Assembly (NCBI RefSeq): GCF_018398935.1
Contig: NZ_CP074694.1
Span: 6,540,001 to 6,572,000 of the forward strand
DNA from: Telmatocola sphagniphila
GTDB lineage: Bacteria; Planctomycetota; Planctomycetia; Gemmatales; Gemmataceae
Direction: 5' to 3'
Length of the DNA: 32,000 nucleotides
In this document: positions 9,201-20,078 of the stretch, in pieces
Layout of the letters: each line of letters starts with the position of its first letter
Numbering within the stretch: the stretch's first letter is position 1
Translations under genes and position numbers: made by a program
Notes under the pieces: generated by a model
Seen by the model: only the letters and a program-made list of their open reading frames with translations
Databases searched by the model: none
What the model was told of the DNA's origin: nothing

Positions 9201-11290
9201 TTGGCCGGATCGCTGGTCTTGGCCTGCTCGGACAGTTGTCGTTCTTCCTGCCCCAGCCGATCCACTTTTTGTCGGGTGCGTTGCTCGGCGGCCAGTTTAT
9301 CATTCAGCTTGCGGAGTTTTTCCAGCTTCTGAATCGCCTGGGCGATGCTCTCCATACCGGCATCGAATTTTTCGCGTCGAGGCTCGCCCGGAGTTTTCTG
9401 AGCTTCGGCCAAAGAAGCCTCGGCATTGTTGAGAGATTCCGAACTCACTTCCCGCAACCCTTGTTTCAGCGCGGCCAGATCGGGAATGACTTCGATCTCT
9501 TGGGCGAGGGTGTCGAGTGCGGATCGATTATCGCCGGTCTTTTCGCGAATCTCGCGGAGTTTTTCGCTTTGCTCGCGATTCAAACTGCGTTGCCGGGAAC
9601 TGTCGTTGCGTAGCCTTTGCGTCCCCTGGAAAGAGTTCTCTAGATCGCGAACCACCGACTGAATTTTTTCATCCAAGGACTTTCGTCGCGTTTCGATTTC
9701 CTGTTCATCCAGGGGATCGGCGGAATTGGAGATGCGCAACTCGGCCCAACGTTCACCGGGAGGATAGACTGAACGCTGCGGGCCGAGTTTTTCTTCGGGA
9801 AGGTCCCGATTGTCGAAAGCGATCAACCGGTACTCGATGGTGTCGCCGTCTTTCACCTTGCCGCGCAGATCGAGTCGATATTGGGCTTCCCCCTGGGCGG
9901 GGTTCAACAGTTTCAACGGAATTTCCTGCTGAATGCTGTCTTTCTGATTGATGCGATATTCCAGAAAGGCTTTACCCAGCCCGAAATCGTCCAAGAGCGC
10001 GAAACCGATGCCGATGACTTCATCCGGTCGAACCGTGCGCGTCTGGTCGGTGAATCCAGACGCCTGGGTAAACTTGGGCGGCAGATCCACCTTGACTCGC
10101 AGGGGCTGTGCCGGCCAATCGAACATCACATGATATTCGGCCTCGACGTGCAGACGGTAACTGCCCGGTTGCAGGGCACGACTCTGCAAAACCACGGAGC
10201 TGTTCTGGATATCGAGTGGCGTGATTTTCGCGGGATTCGTCGCCGAGCGACTCTGATCTTCCGGAGTCCATTCCAATGTGGCGGCGATGGGAGCTCGATT
10301 GAACTGAATGTGGTGCTCGATGGTGCTGTATTGGATTGCCTGTAAGTCCCCCAGACCAGAGACCTTTGGAGTGGGTTCTCCCGTTTTTCGAGTGTAGGCG
10401 GGCGGCGAAATCTCCGTGAGCCCGCCGATGATCTCCAGCGGTTCCACAACATGCACCCGGTACCATTCGCTTTTCACCGGGCCACTTTCAATGCGATACT
10501 CGAAATCGAAGTTTGCCCGATCCCAGTTGGCGAAGAAGACGTTTTCTTTTTCAATCGTCACCGCTTGCGTATCGATTTGTCCGTCCGGCAACCGCACAAC
10601 GAGCTGGGCGTTCTGGGGAAAGCTCGGCTTGGATTTCGTCGGTTCGAAATATCCGGAAAGAACCAGGTTGGCCCCGCGGGGTACGCCGGTCTCCCCTGAA
10701 GTAATAACGATGCGGAAGCCGGCATCGAGAGCCGGGTCGCGCCAGGGGAGAGCAAATCGTTTGATCAGGCCGGCGGAATTTTCGATGAAATAAAGGGGTG
10801 TCAGCATCAGCGCGAGAGCCACTAGACTGAACCCGGCGAAGGTCCAGTAGCCGCGCAAAGGAACCGTGGTGGTGAAATCGAGCGATTTGGTTCGATGATC
10901 GGCATCGCCAAGCAGCTGATTCATCCAGGAAGAGGAGCCGTTGGCGCTTTCGGGATGCTCGGCCAGTTCCACCGCCGTCAGTAGGCGTTCGCCCAGGCGG
11001 GGATATTGCTTTTCGACCAGGGCCGCCAAACCGAGTTGGTCCAGCGGAGCCCGCAGCGGATTTCGCAGCCACATTTTCCAGAGACCCGCGCCGATAGCCA
11101 GCCAGCTGAAAAACAGCGTGACCCGCAGCCAGCGGGACAGATCCAGCTGGGCATCGAGCAGGATTATGCAAACTGCGAGAATAGCCAGGATCAGGCTGAC
11201 TCGACAGACGCCCTGGATCCGCTGACCCTGACGGGTACGGCGTGCCAGTTCGTCCAGTTTCAGTCGCAAACTAGCCGGCAACGAATTCAT
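6284..11290 (-). CDS. giant membrane-anchored coiled-coil protein, DUF4175-like
   Basis: 1668 aa. The N-terminus has three hydrophobic segments (VSLILAILAVCIILL, VTLFFSWLAIGAGLW, FAGFSLVALALMLTPLYF). A beta-rich region follows at aa ~180-520, then ~1000 aa of E/K/Q/A/L-rich predicted coiled coil. The conserved-looking tail is WGDLPGEVQAKILQDMRAHYGEDYANKIRYYFETISERK. The DUF4175 assignment is from memory of that family's layout. Confidence 0.7.
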   Translation of the reverse strand: MNSLPASLRLKLDELARRTRQGQRIQGVCRVSLILAILAVCIILLDAQLDLSRWLRVTLFFSWLAIGAGLWKMWLRNPLRAPLDQLGLAALVEKQYPRLGERLLTAVELAEHPESANGSSSWMNQLLGDADHRTKSLDFTTTVPLRGYWTFAGFSLVALALMLTPLYFIENSAGLIKRFALPWRDPALDAGFRIVITSGETGVPRGANLVLSGYFEPTKSKPSFPQNAQLVVRLPDGQIDTQAVTIEKENVFFANWDRANFDFEYRIESGPVKSEWYRVHVVEPLEIIGGLTEISPPAYTRKTGEPTPKVSGLGDLQAIQYSTIEHHIQFNRAPIAATLEWTPEDQSRSATNPAKITPLDIQNSSVVLQSRALQPGSYRLHVEAEYHVMFDWPAQPLRVKVDLPPKFTQASGFTDQTRTVRPDEVIGIGFALLDDFGLGKAFLEYRINQKDSIQQEIPLKLLNPAQGEAQYRLDLRGKVKDGDTIEYRLIAFDNRDLPEEKLGPQRSVYPPGERWAELRISNSADPLDEQEIETRRKSLDEKIQSVVRDLENSFQGTQRLRNDSSRQRSLNREQSEKLREIREKTGDNRSALDTLAQEIEVIPDLAALKQGLREVSSESLNNAEASLAEAQKTPGEPRREKFDAGMESIAQAIQKLEKLRKLNDKLAAEQRTRQKVDRLGQEERQLSEQAKTSDPAKLTELDARQREIQEKLQRLVADNEDLRNALKAGDNSEVNSLMTQLQALAENLKSLLGAQQEALKEERGGKLSDLAQRQSSLASRIDDFVRRTETTVRSNRLAPLSSTSARKAESDLMEGRPSDAFDNQVRSALEIEKFAQKLAEAADKVRDPREAARQLAEAQDFFRKRLAEETQKKNFDELPADKQNALLLEQKSINEAIAALKLPSDAASPLQERKQASEKAQEAVDRLQKKAKRSEVDDSLQKASDALRRLAEKLPSLGDRIAQARKNLTTMRNELETLSRQTDLALRPLEKQPHSEKLNREASGKLVEQARKLEKLQEALNKLDLPENGDRIQKAKEAAKRAWEDLKAGRVQDIAGSQQTLRRELDRLDQASAGMKTPEQQVAELAKQQKDLSEKIDLLSKKPRTEKEDWARLGKEQSDIIRKLQAQNIGEEPRGKEDALTLSRKTEQNLNEAKVEEARKSSLETEEHLQRLAERMANPEEAALQAKRLSKTQLLDAESLEKPSARKLSPQAMSEQKKQLQSAIDELRQIPGGDEAAAEKQKTLEKLQEALSQNPNDLAKARKEAAEAAKKFADKLHPTTASEPKPESKAENSGALPQKAQAEEARKLAQEQKQLSDDTLRRKEAMKNTNPEGDKNPLKEIIAKQKAIGEQAETLANGLGKAPMPNPDIVDQAKQAKQAAQDTAKELSNGRITPAKEQARNAKTQFEKLLEEPEAKKLAQKEQEIIAALEKLDSKAGPAQQADRLEELRQRSNELQKKFQDLTQRTAEQPEIQKSAQSSQEATQQAAKSMTQAQKLNREDQPETALKAMQEALQNLETAVKQHQAKIDPHAESMAQAGQSLNDARKQMENAHQELVQKTPAKAESSMKQAADSLQNAARQMRVQQPQQTPSSVTENRQGPPAGGAPVVPRGLSELKNISPEAAKHSGKAWGDLPGEVQAKILQDMRAHYGEDYANKIRYYFETISERK

Positions 11291-11512
11291 GCCGATCCTT
11301 GAGCTTTCGAGGAGGGAATACTACCTTTATTCTACTTCCCCGCGGGGGATTACCGCAAGAACGTAAACGGCGGATCGAACGTTTGAACACCCGTTTCTCA
11401 TAATTTGTGCTCCGGTCGTCCCGGAAGTAGGCCGCGCACTTGAAAAACCCCAGTCAATCCGTAATTCTTCGATGAAACAATACGCATATTACAACGCAGG
11501 AAACAGTATCAA

Positions 11513-12838
11513 ATGTCTAAAGGCAAACTGGGAATTGTCGTAGGTGGTGGGCCGGCTCCGGGCATTAACGGGGTCATCAGTTCGGTAACCATCGAAGCCA
11601 TCAATCACGGCATGGAAGTGATCGGCTTTCAAAACGGCTTTCGGCATCTGGTCGAAGGATCCGACACGCACTGGCGAAAACTGACGACCGACGATGTCGC
11701 GCCGTACTATACTCGCGGCGGCTCGATTCTGGGAACTGCCCGCGTCAACCCGGCGAAAAAAGAAGAAGACATGGCCCGCGTGCTGAAAGTCTTCGAAAAG
11801 CTCGGACTGACCGCCTTCGTGACCATCGGTGGCGACGACACAGCCTATTCGGGCAGCCAGGTGGCCAAGCGGGTGGGGCCGGGTGCACCTCGAGCCAAGC
11901 CCTCGGACCATTTCATTCGCGTTTGCCACGTACCCAAAACCATCGATAACGATCTGCCGTTGCCCGAAGGCACGCCGACCTTCGGTTTCGAAACGGCCCG
12001 GCACCTGGGCGTGTTGACCACTCGGGCTCTCCATGCGGATGCTCGCACCACCGGTCGCTGGTACATCATCGTCAGCATGGGTCGGGCGGCGGGCCACCTG
12101 GCGCTCGGGATCGGCAAAGCTTCCGCCTCGACCATCAGCATCATTCCCGAAGAATTCCGCGACAAACCGGTGACGCTGGAATCGCTCTCGGACATCATCA
12201 TCGGTTCCATCCTCAAGCGGAAGCTGGTCGGTAAGGATTACGGCGTCGTGGTGCTGGCCGAAGGTTTGATCGAATCGATCGGCGATGCTGGCCTTCTGAA
12301 AGCGCTGGGGGAAGAAGCTCTGAGCCACTACGGCCACCTGGAGCGCGACCCGCACGGTCACCTGCGGCTAGGCGAAATCGACTTCGGCCGCATTGTGAAG
12401 GATTATCTGAAGAAGAAACTGCTGGAATTGGGCCAGAAGGTCGACTTCATCACCAAGGATCTGGGCTACGAATTGCGTTCGGCCGATCCGATACCGTTCG
12501 ATGCGGAATATACCCGCGATCTGGGTTACGGAGCGGTCAAGTTCCTGACGAGCGAAGCTGCTTCTCAGTACGGTGCGGTCATCAGCTTCATCGACGGTCG
12601 CATGGTTCCGCTGCCTTTCGAGCAGATGATCGACCCCAAGACGCAACGGATGAAAAATCGCCGCGTAAACGTCGATTCCGAATCTTACCACTGTGCTCGC
12701 CGGTACATGATTCGACTGGAGAAGAGCGATTTCGATGATGCCGCCAAACTGAAGCAGTTGGCCGATGTTGTGAAGATGACGCCGGAAGCATTCCGCGCTC
12801 GATTCGAAAACTCGATCAACGAAGTTCCCTACGCTTAG
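11513..12838 (+). CDS. pfp: pyrophosphate-dependent 6-phosphofructokinase
   Basis: Contains GIVVGGGPAPGINGVI, TIGGDDT and PKTIDNDL. The GGDDT motif (Asp where ATP-PFKs have Gly) and the PKTIDND motif (Lys where ATP-PFKs have Gly) are the established signature of PPi dependence. Confidence 0.88.
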   Translation: MSKGKLGIVVGGGPAPGINGVISSVTIEAINHGMEVIGFQNGFRHLVEGSDTHWRKLTTDDVAPYYTRGGSILGTARVNPAKKEEDMARVLKVFEKLGLTAFVTIGGDDTAYSGSQVAKRVGPGAPRAKPSDHFIRVCHVPKTIDNDLPLPEGTPTFGFETARHLGVLTTRALHADARTTGRWYIIVSMGRAAGHLALGIGKASASTISIIPEEFRDKPVTLESLSDIIIGSILKRKLVGKDYGVVVLAEGLIESIGDAGLLKALGEEALSHYGHLERDPHGHLRLGEIDFGRIVKDYLKKKLLELGQKVDFITKDLGYELRSADPIPFDAEYTRDLGYGAVKFLTSEAASQYGAVISFIDGRMVPLPFEQMIDPKTQRMKNRRVNVDSESYHCARRYMIRLEKSDFDDAAKLKQLADVVKMTPEAFRARFENSINEVPYA

Positions 12839-12849
12839 AGAATGAAAAA

Positions 12850-12881
12850 GGGCCGCGACCCCCTCGGTTGGATCGCAGCCC
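12850..12881 (-). terminator. probable intrinsic terminator for the 12901-13500 gene (and end of the atp transcription unit)
   Basis: GGGCCGCGA (12850-12858) pairs with TCGCAGCCC (12873-12881) at 8 of 9 positions, with a 14-nt loop. On the minus strand the stem is followed directly by TTTTT (complement of 12845-12849). It lies 20 nt past the minus-strand stop and 12 nt past the convergent pfp stop. Confidence 0.55.
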
Positions 12882-12900
12882 GCATCGACAGGTCTCACTT

Positions 12901-13500
12901 TCAGTTCGTCTTGGCCCCGGCTTCTTTTTTCTTGATGTAAGCCAGGGCTTCTTTCAATTGTCCGATAGCTTTATTCAGATCCTGAATAGCCTTTTCCTTG
13001 TGTCCACCGAAATCGTGGCCGGCGCCTCTCAAATAGCTCTCGGCGGCCTGGAGTTCCGGAATCGCAGCAGCGATCTGAGCATCGGAAAGAGGCTGTGGTT
13101 CGGTCATTTTCCCTTTATTGCCGCCGCCGGAATTGGAATTGTTGGCCGGTTTGGCCGCAGGTTTGGTTTTGGTGGCGGAGTTCGATGAGGAAGCCGGTTT
13201 CTTTCCTTGCTGATGGGCAGCATGGTTGGCCGCCCGCAATTCGTGTTCGGCCTCGGAGATGTCGTGAATGGCCTTGGCCCGGTGCCCGCCGTAATCGTGG
13301 TCGGCTTTTTCCAAGCTGACTTTGATCTGCTGCAGGCTGTGAATGGCCCCGGTTAAAGGCGAACCATTGGATTTGACCGCTTTGGAAACACCCGTCACGC
13401 TGCCCACCGGTCCGGTGGCCATGGCCGGGCTGCTGAACCCGAATAAGAGAAAGCCCGCTGCGGAGAATGCCGCCAATCGATTGGTAAGATTGATACGCAT
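12901..13500 (-). CDS. secreted protein with two copies of an HD[YF]GGH-containing helical repeat
   Basis: Signal peptide MRINLTNRLAAFSAAGFLLFGFSSPAMA. Repeat A is aa 49-93 (AIHSLQQIKVSLEKADHDYGGHRAKAIHDISEAEHELRAA). Repeat B is aa 141-188 (AIPELQAAESYLRGAGHDFGGHKEKAIQDLNKAIGQLKEAL). They are joined by a low-complexity S/N/K/P/A linker. Confidence 0.65.
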   Translation of the reverse strand: MRINLTNRLAAFSAAGFLLFGFSSPAMATGPVGSVTGVSKAVKSNGSPLTGAIHSLQQIKVSLEKADHDYGGHRAKAIHDISEAEHELRAANHAAHQQGKKPASSSNSATKTKPAAKPANNSNSGGGNKGKMTEPQPLSDAQIAAAIPELQAAESYLRGAGHDFGGHKEKAIQDLNKAIGQLKEALAYIKKKEAGAKTN

Positions 13501-13671
13501 TATTAACCCCTCTATGCTTCGATATGATTTTCAAACCTAATTAAACGAACCATAGTCCACGGAGAAAGTTGCGGTGGTAAATACTGAAATTTGAAAGATT
13601 TCGGGAATTGAGGTGTAGGCCGAGAATTCGCGGGCGAGATAAAAGAGGATTTGTTGGGCGAGCGAAAATTT

Positions 13672-13929
13672 TCAATCCATTTTCACGCGAGGCGTGAGCA
13701 CGTTGACCACATTCGAGCGGATCTGAGCGAAACCGCCATCGACAATCAGCTTTTTGACGACGCCGTTGTGGGTCAGTCGAACTTCCCCTTTGCCGAGTTT
13801 GCCAATCATCGGGGCGTGGTCGAACAGTACGCCGAGTTCACCATTTTCCATCGGGAGAACGATAAACTCCGCGGTGGCTTCCAGAACCTTCTTCTCTGGG
13901 GTCACGATTTCGCAGTGGAGTTCTTTCAT
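13672..13929 (-). CDS. atpC: F1 ATP synthase subunit epsilon, N-terminal beta-sandwich domain only (85 aa)
   Basis: LHCEIVTPEKKVLEATAEFIVLPMENGELGVLFDHAPMIGKLGKGEVRL...DGGFAQI is the epsilon N-terminal domain. It is the last gene after atpD. TGA stop at 13672-13674. Confidence 0.85.
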   Translation of the reverse strand: MKELHCEIVTPEKKVLEATAEFIVLPMENGELGVLFDHAPMIGKLGKGEVRLTHNGVVKKLIVDGGFAQIRSNVVNVLTPRVKMD

Positions 13930-13972
13930 GATATTCTTTCGATTAGTAGCGGTCAGCCATGAGCATTCAGCG

Positions 13973-14072
13973 GTCAGCTTTCAGCTAAAAAAACCGTTTT
14001 CGCTATTAGTAAATTCGGCCATCGTCTGAAGTACCCAGCCTAATCAACATTCGCTGAAAGCTGAAAGCTGAC
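13973..14072. repeat. 13-bp perfect inverted repeat bracketing ~74 bp in the atpD-atpC spacer
   Basis: GTCAGCTTTCAGC (13973-13985) is the exact reverse complement of GCTGAAAGCTGAC (14060-14072). There is a local tandem GCTGAAA GCTGAAA at 14053-14066 and a direct repeat AGCGGTCAGC at 13948-13957 and 13969-13978. Confidence 0.7.
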
Positions 14073-14075
14073 TAC

Positions 14076-16056
<1,981 letters not shown>

Positions 16057-16093
16057 ATCCTGTTCCGTTCAAGCAGCTCTGACCGAACGACTG

Positions 16094-16975
16094 TTACTTC
16101 AGGGCTTCCGATCCGGCGATCAACTCGCTGATTTCCTTGGTAATGTTCGCCTGGCGGGCCCGGTTGTACTGCCGGCTGATTTCTTTGATCAGATCGGCGG
16201 CGTTTTCCGTCGCGGCTTTCATGGCCACCCGGCGGGCAATCTGTTCGCTCACGGCCGCATCCAGGAAGCATTTGAAAAGACGCTGCTTAAAGGCCACCGG
16301 AACTATCGATTCCAGAATTTCGGCGGCGTTGGGTAGGAAATCGTATTCGACAGACCCGCCTGCCGAAGCAGTTGCAGCCGATTTCGAATCGCCTAGGGAA
16401 GACAGCGGCAACAGAGTTTCGACCACCGGCACCTGACGCGAGGCGGTGACGAATTTCATGTAGGCCACTTCCAGACGGTCGATCTGGCCGCTGGTGTACA
16501 TCTGTATGTAGCGGTTGGCCAATTCTTCCACCTGATCGAAGGAAGGCTTGTCTTCGAATTGAGTATAGGTCTGGAGGGCAGCGATGCCCTGGTAGCGGAA
16601 GAAAGCGATCGCACGCTTGCCGGACAACTCGGTATCCTGTCCAATACCGGCTTCCTTATTCTTTCGCAGAACGGCCTGAGCTTCCCGGAGAATCGAGCCG
16701 TTGTAGCCGCCGCACAGTCCGCGGTTGGCACAAACGACTAGCAGCAGGGTTTTCTTGGCCGGACGGACGGACAAGAGCGGATGGGAGGTGTCGCCCGCGT
16801 TCTTGGTGAGGTCGGCGGCCAACGCGGCGATTTTACGCGTGTAGGCCTCCGCTTCCGCGGCACGGTCCATCGCTTTCTTGAAGCGTGCAGTCGCAATCAG
16901 TTCCATCGTCCGCGTAATTTTGCGGATGTTGCGAACCGCTTTGCGTCGGTTAACCAGGTCACGAAGTTTGGCCAT
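16094..16975 (-). CDS. atpG: F1 ATP synthase subunit gamma
   Basis: 293 aa. The N-terminal block is RRKAVRNIRKITRTMELIATARFKKA, followed by CANRGLCGGYN. The C-terminal block is NRARQANITKEISELIAG. Confidence 0.95.
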   Translation of the reverse strand: MAKLRDLVNRRKAVRNIRKITRTMELIATARFKKAMDRAAEAEAYTRKIAALAADLTKNAGDTSHPLLSVRPAKKTLLLVVCANRGLCGGYNGSILREAQAVLRKNKEAGIGQDTELSGKRAIAFFRYQGIAALQTYTQFEDKPSFDQVEELANRYIQMYTSGQIDRLEVAYMKFVTASRQVPVVETLLPLSSLGDSKSAATASAGGSVEYDFLPNAAEILESIVPVAFKQRLFKCFLDAAVSEQIARRVAMKAATENAADLIKEISRQYNRARQANITKEISELIAGSEALK

Positions 16976-17041
16976 AGTTTGTCTCTACCGGCGGGGCAGG
17001 TGTGCAGAAACTCTCGTTTCCACGCACCCGCGGACCGATTG

Positions 17042-18697
<1,656 letters not shown>

Positions 18698-19324
18698 AAC
18701 TGCTTCTCGATAGAAGTTGATTGCTTAAGGTTTTAATGCGGGTGAGGACAGAATTGTCGTACACCTCGTCGCCGACCTGCACCACGATGCCGCCCAGAAG
18801 GCTCGGATCGACTTTAACATCGAGAACCGGAGTCATCTTGAAGGAATCCTGCAGGGTGTTTTGCAGCGTTTGTTTCTGTTGTTCGCTCATCTGGAAAGCG
18901 GACTTCACCAGCACGCGAATGCGGTGCGCCCGTTCGTCTCGCAATTCGCGGTAGCTCAGCGAGACATCGGCCAGAATTTCCAGGCGGTCCTTGGCATTCA
19001 GCAACTGGATGAAATCGTACAGCAGGGGATCCACGTTACCTTCGAACGCCTTCTTGACGAAGGGAGTTCTCTGGGATCGTTCGATGCCCTTGGTGGAGAT
19101 CAGTTTCCGGACATCGGGATTCGTCTGCAGCAGTTCCAGTAACTTTTCCAGTTCCGATTCGAGAGTATCCACTTTGCCGGCTTTTTCCGCCGAATTCATC
19201 AGGGCTTCGGCATAGACGTGGGCCAGTCGACGAGCGACAGAACCCTCGGTGCTCTCATGCGAATTCTGAATATCTTTTGCCTGATCAGCCATGAGTAGTA
19301 CTCTCACCAGATTTCCGATACCGA

Positions 19325-19341
19325 GCGGAACGGAGTTCCGC
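19325..19341 (-). promoter_or_regulatory. hairpin in the atpF-atpH spacer
   Basis: GCGGAAC (19325-19331) pairs with GTTCCGC (19335-19341), giving a 7-bp perfect stem and a 3-nt loop. Confidence 0.4.
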
Positions 19342-19362
19342 ACTGCTTTCAGAAAGCTGGGA

Positions 19363-20037
19363 CTATCCCGCCTTGTTTAAGGAACTCTTCAGTTCCGACA
19401 AAGATTCGTCGACCAATTTCCGATGATCGTCTTCGGTCAGTTGCTTCTTGACGGTCTTGGTGGAGATCAGGGTGGCCAGCTGAACCGCCTTGCCCCAGAT
19501 TTCCGTCAGAGCCTGGTCTTTGGCACTCTCGATTTCCCGACGCAGCCGATCTCGCTCGGTTGCGATCTCCGCAGTCGCATCGGCCTTCAACTTTTCGCGA
19601 AGTGCCTCGGCGTCGCGACGAGCTTCATCGATCATCGCTTTGACTTCCTCAGCGCCCTTATGGCGGGAAGCTTCCAGTTCCGCACGCAGTTTCTGAGTCT
19701 CCGCAAGAGACTTTTCCGCTTCTTCCTTGGCGCTGAGGATCAGCGCTTCGCGTTTGTCGAGCCCTTCCACGATCGGTTTCCAGGCGAACTTGGAAAGGAT
19801 GAAGAAGACCAGACCGAAAACGATGAGCGTGTAAATACCGAGGTCGGAACGAGTCAGACCCAGTTGACCCAAAGCGTCTGGCTTTTTTTCATGCTCTTTA
19901 AGGGGAGCATTGCCATCCAACTGAGTGGGAGCGGCTTTGCCGTTCGGTGCGGGAGCCTTGTGGTCCTGCGAAAAGGCAGGAGTCCCGCAAAGCAGGCAGA
20001 TCACCAGAGCTAATGCCGCGTACATTTTCTTTAACAT
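19363..20037 (-). CDS. atpF: Fo ATP synthase subunit b with an N-terminal signal-like extension
   Basis: TM segment IYTLIVFGLVFFILSKFAW followed by KPIVEGLDKREALI and a long charged helix, the classic b subunit pattern. It is preceded by ~65 extra residues that begin with MLKKMYAALALVICLLCGTPAFS. Confidence 0.88.
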   Translation of the reverse strand: MLKKMYAALALVICLLCGTPAFSQDHKAPAPNGKAAPTQLDGNAPLKEHEKKPDALGQLGLTRSDLGIYTLIVFGLVFFILSKFAWKPIVEGLDKREALILSAKEEAEKSLAETQKLRAELEASRHKGAEEVKAMIDEARRDAEALREKLKADATAEIATERDRLRREIESAKDQALTEIWGKAVQLATLISTKTVKKQLTEDDHRKLVDESLSELKSSLNKAG

Positions 20038-20078
20038 GGGGTTCCTCCGGTTGCGGGGATTAGCGATATCCCGAAGGA

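Noticed and set aside
6701-9951. Multiple plus-strand ORFs of 125-310 aa antisense to the giant coiled-coil gene.
   Set aside because: The sense strand is dominated by GAA, AAG, CAG, GCC and CTG codons. Their complements (TTC, CTT, CTG, GGC, CAG) contain no stops. The products are L/F/R/G/S-rich nonsense repeats.
11338-11347. The perfect 10-bp palindrome CCCCGCGGGG in the divergent promoter region between the giant gene and pfp, as a possible operator.
   Set aside because: It is a single short GC palindrome in a GC-rich genome. There is no second half-site or repeat, which is insufficient evidence for a regulatory site.
11489-12898. 290-aa and 176-aa minus-strand ORFs antisense to pfp.
   Set aside because: The plus-strand PFK motifs (GGDDT, PKTIDNDL) identify the real gene. 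The antisense products show no motifs.
13501-13671. A frameshifted remnant of the epsilon C-terminal helical domain downstream of the atpC stop.
   Set aside because: I translated all three minus-strand frames. None gives the charged A/E/R/K-rich helical pattern of the epsilon C-terminal domain, so the truncation is treated as genuine.
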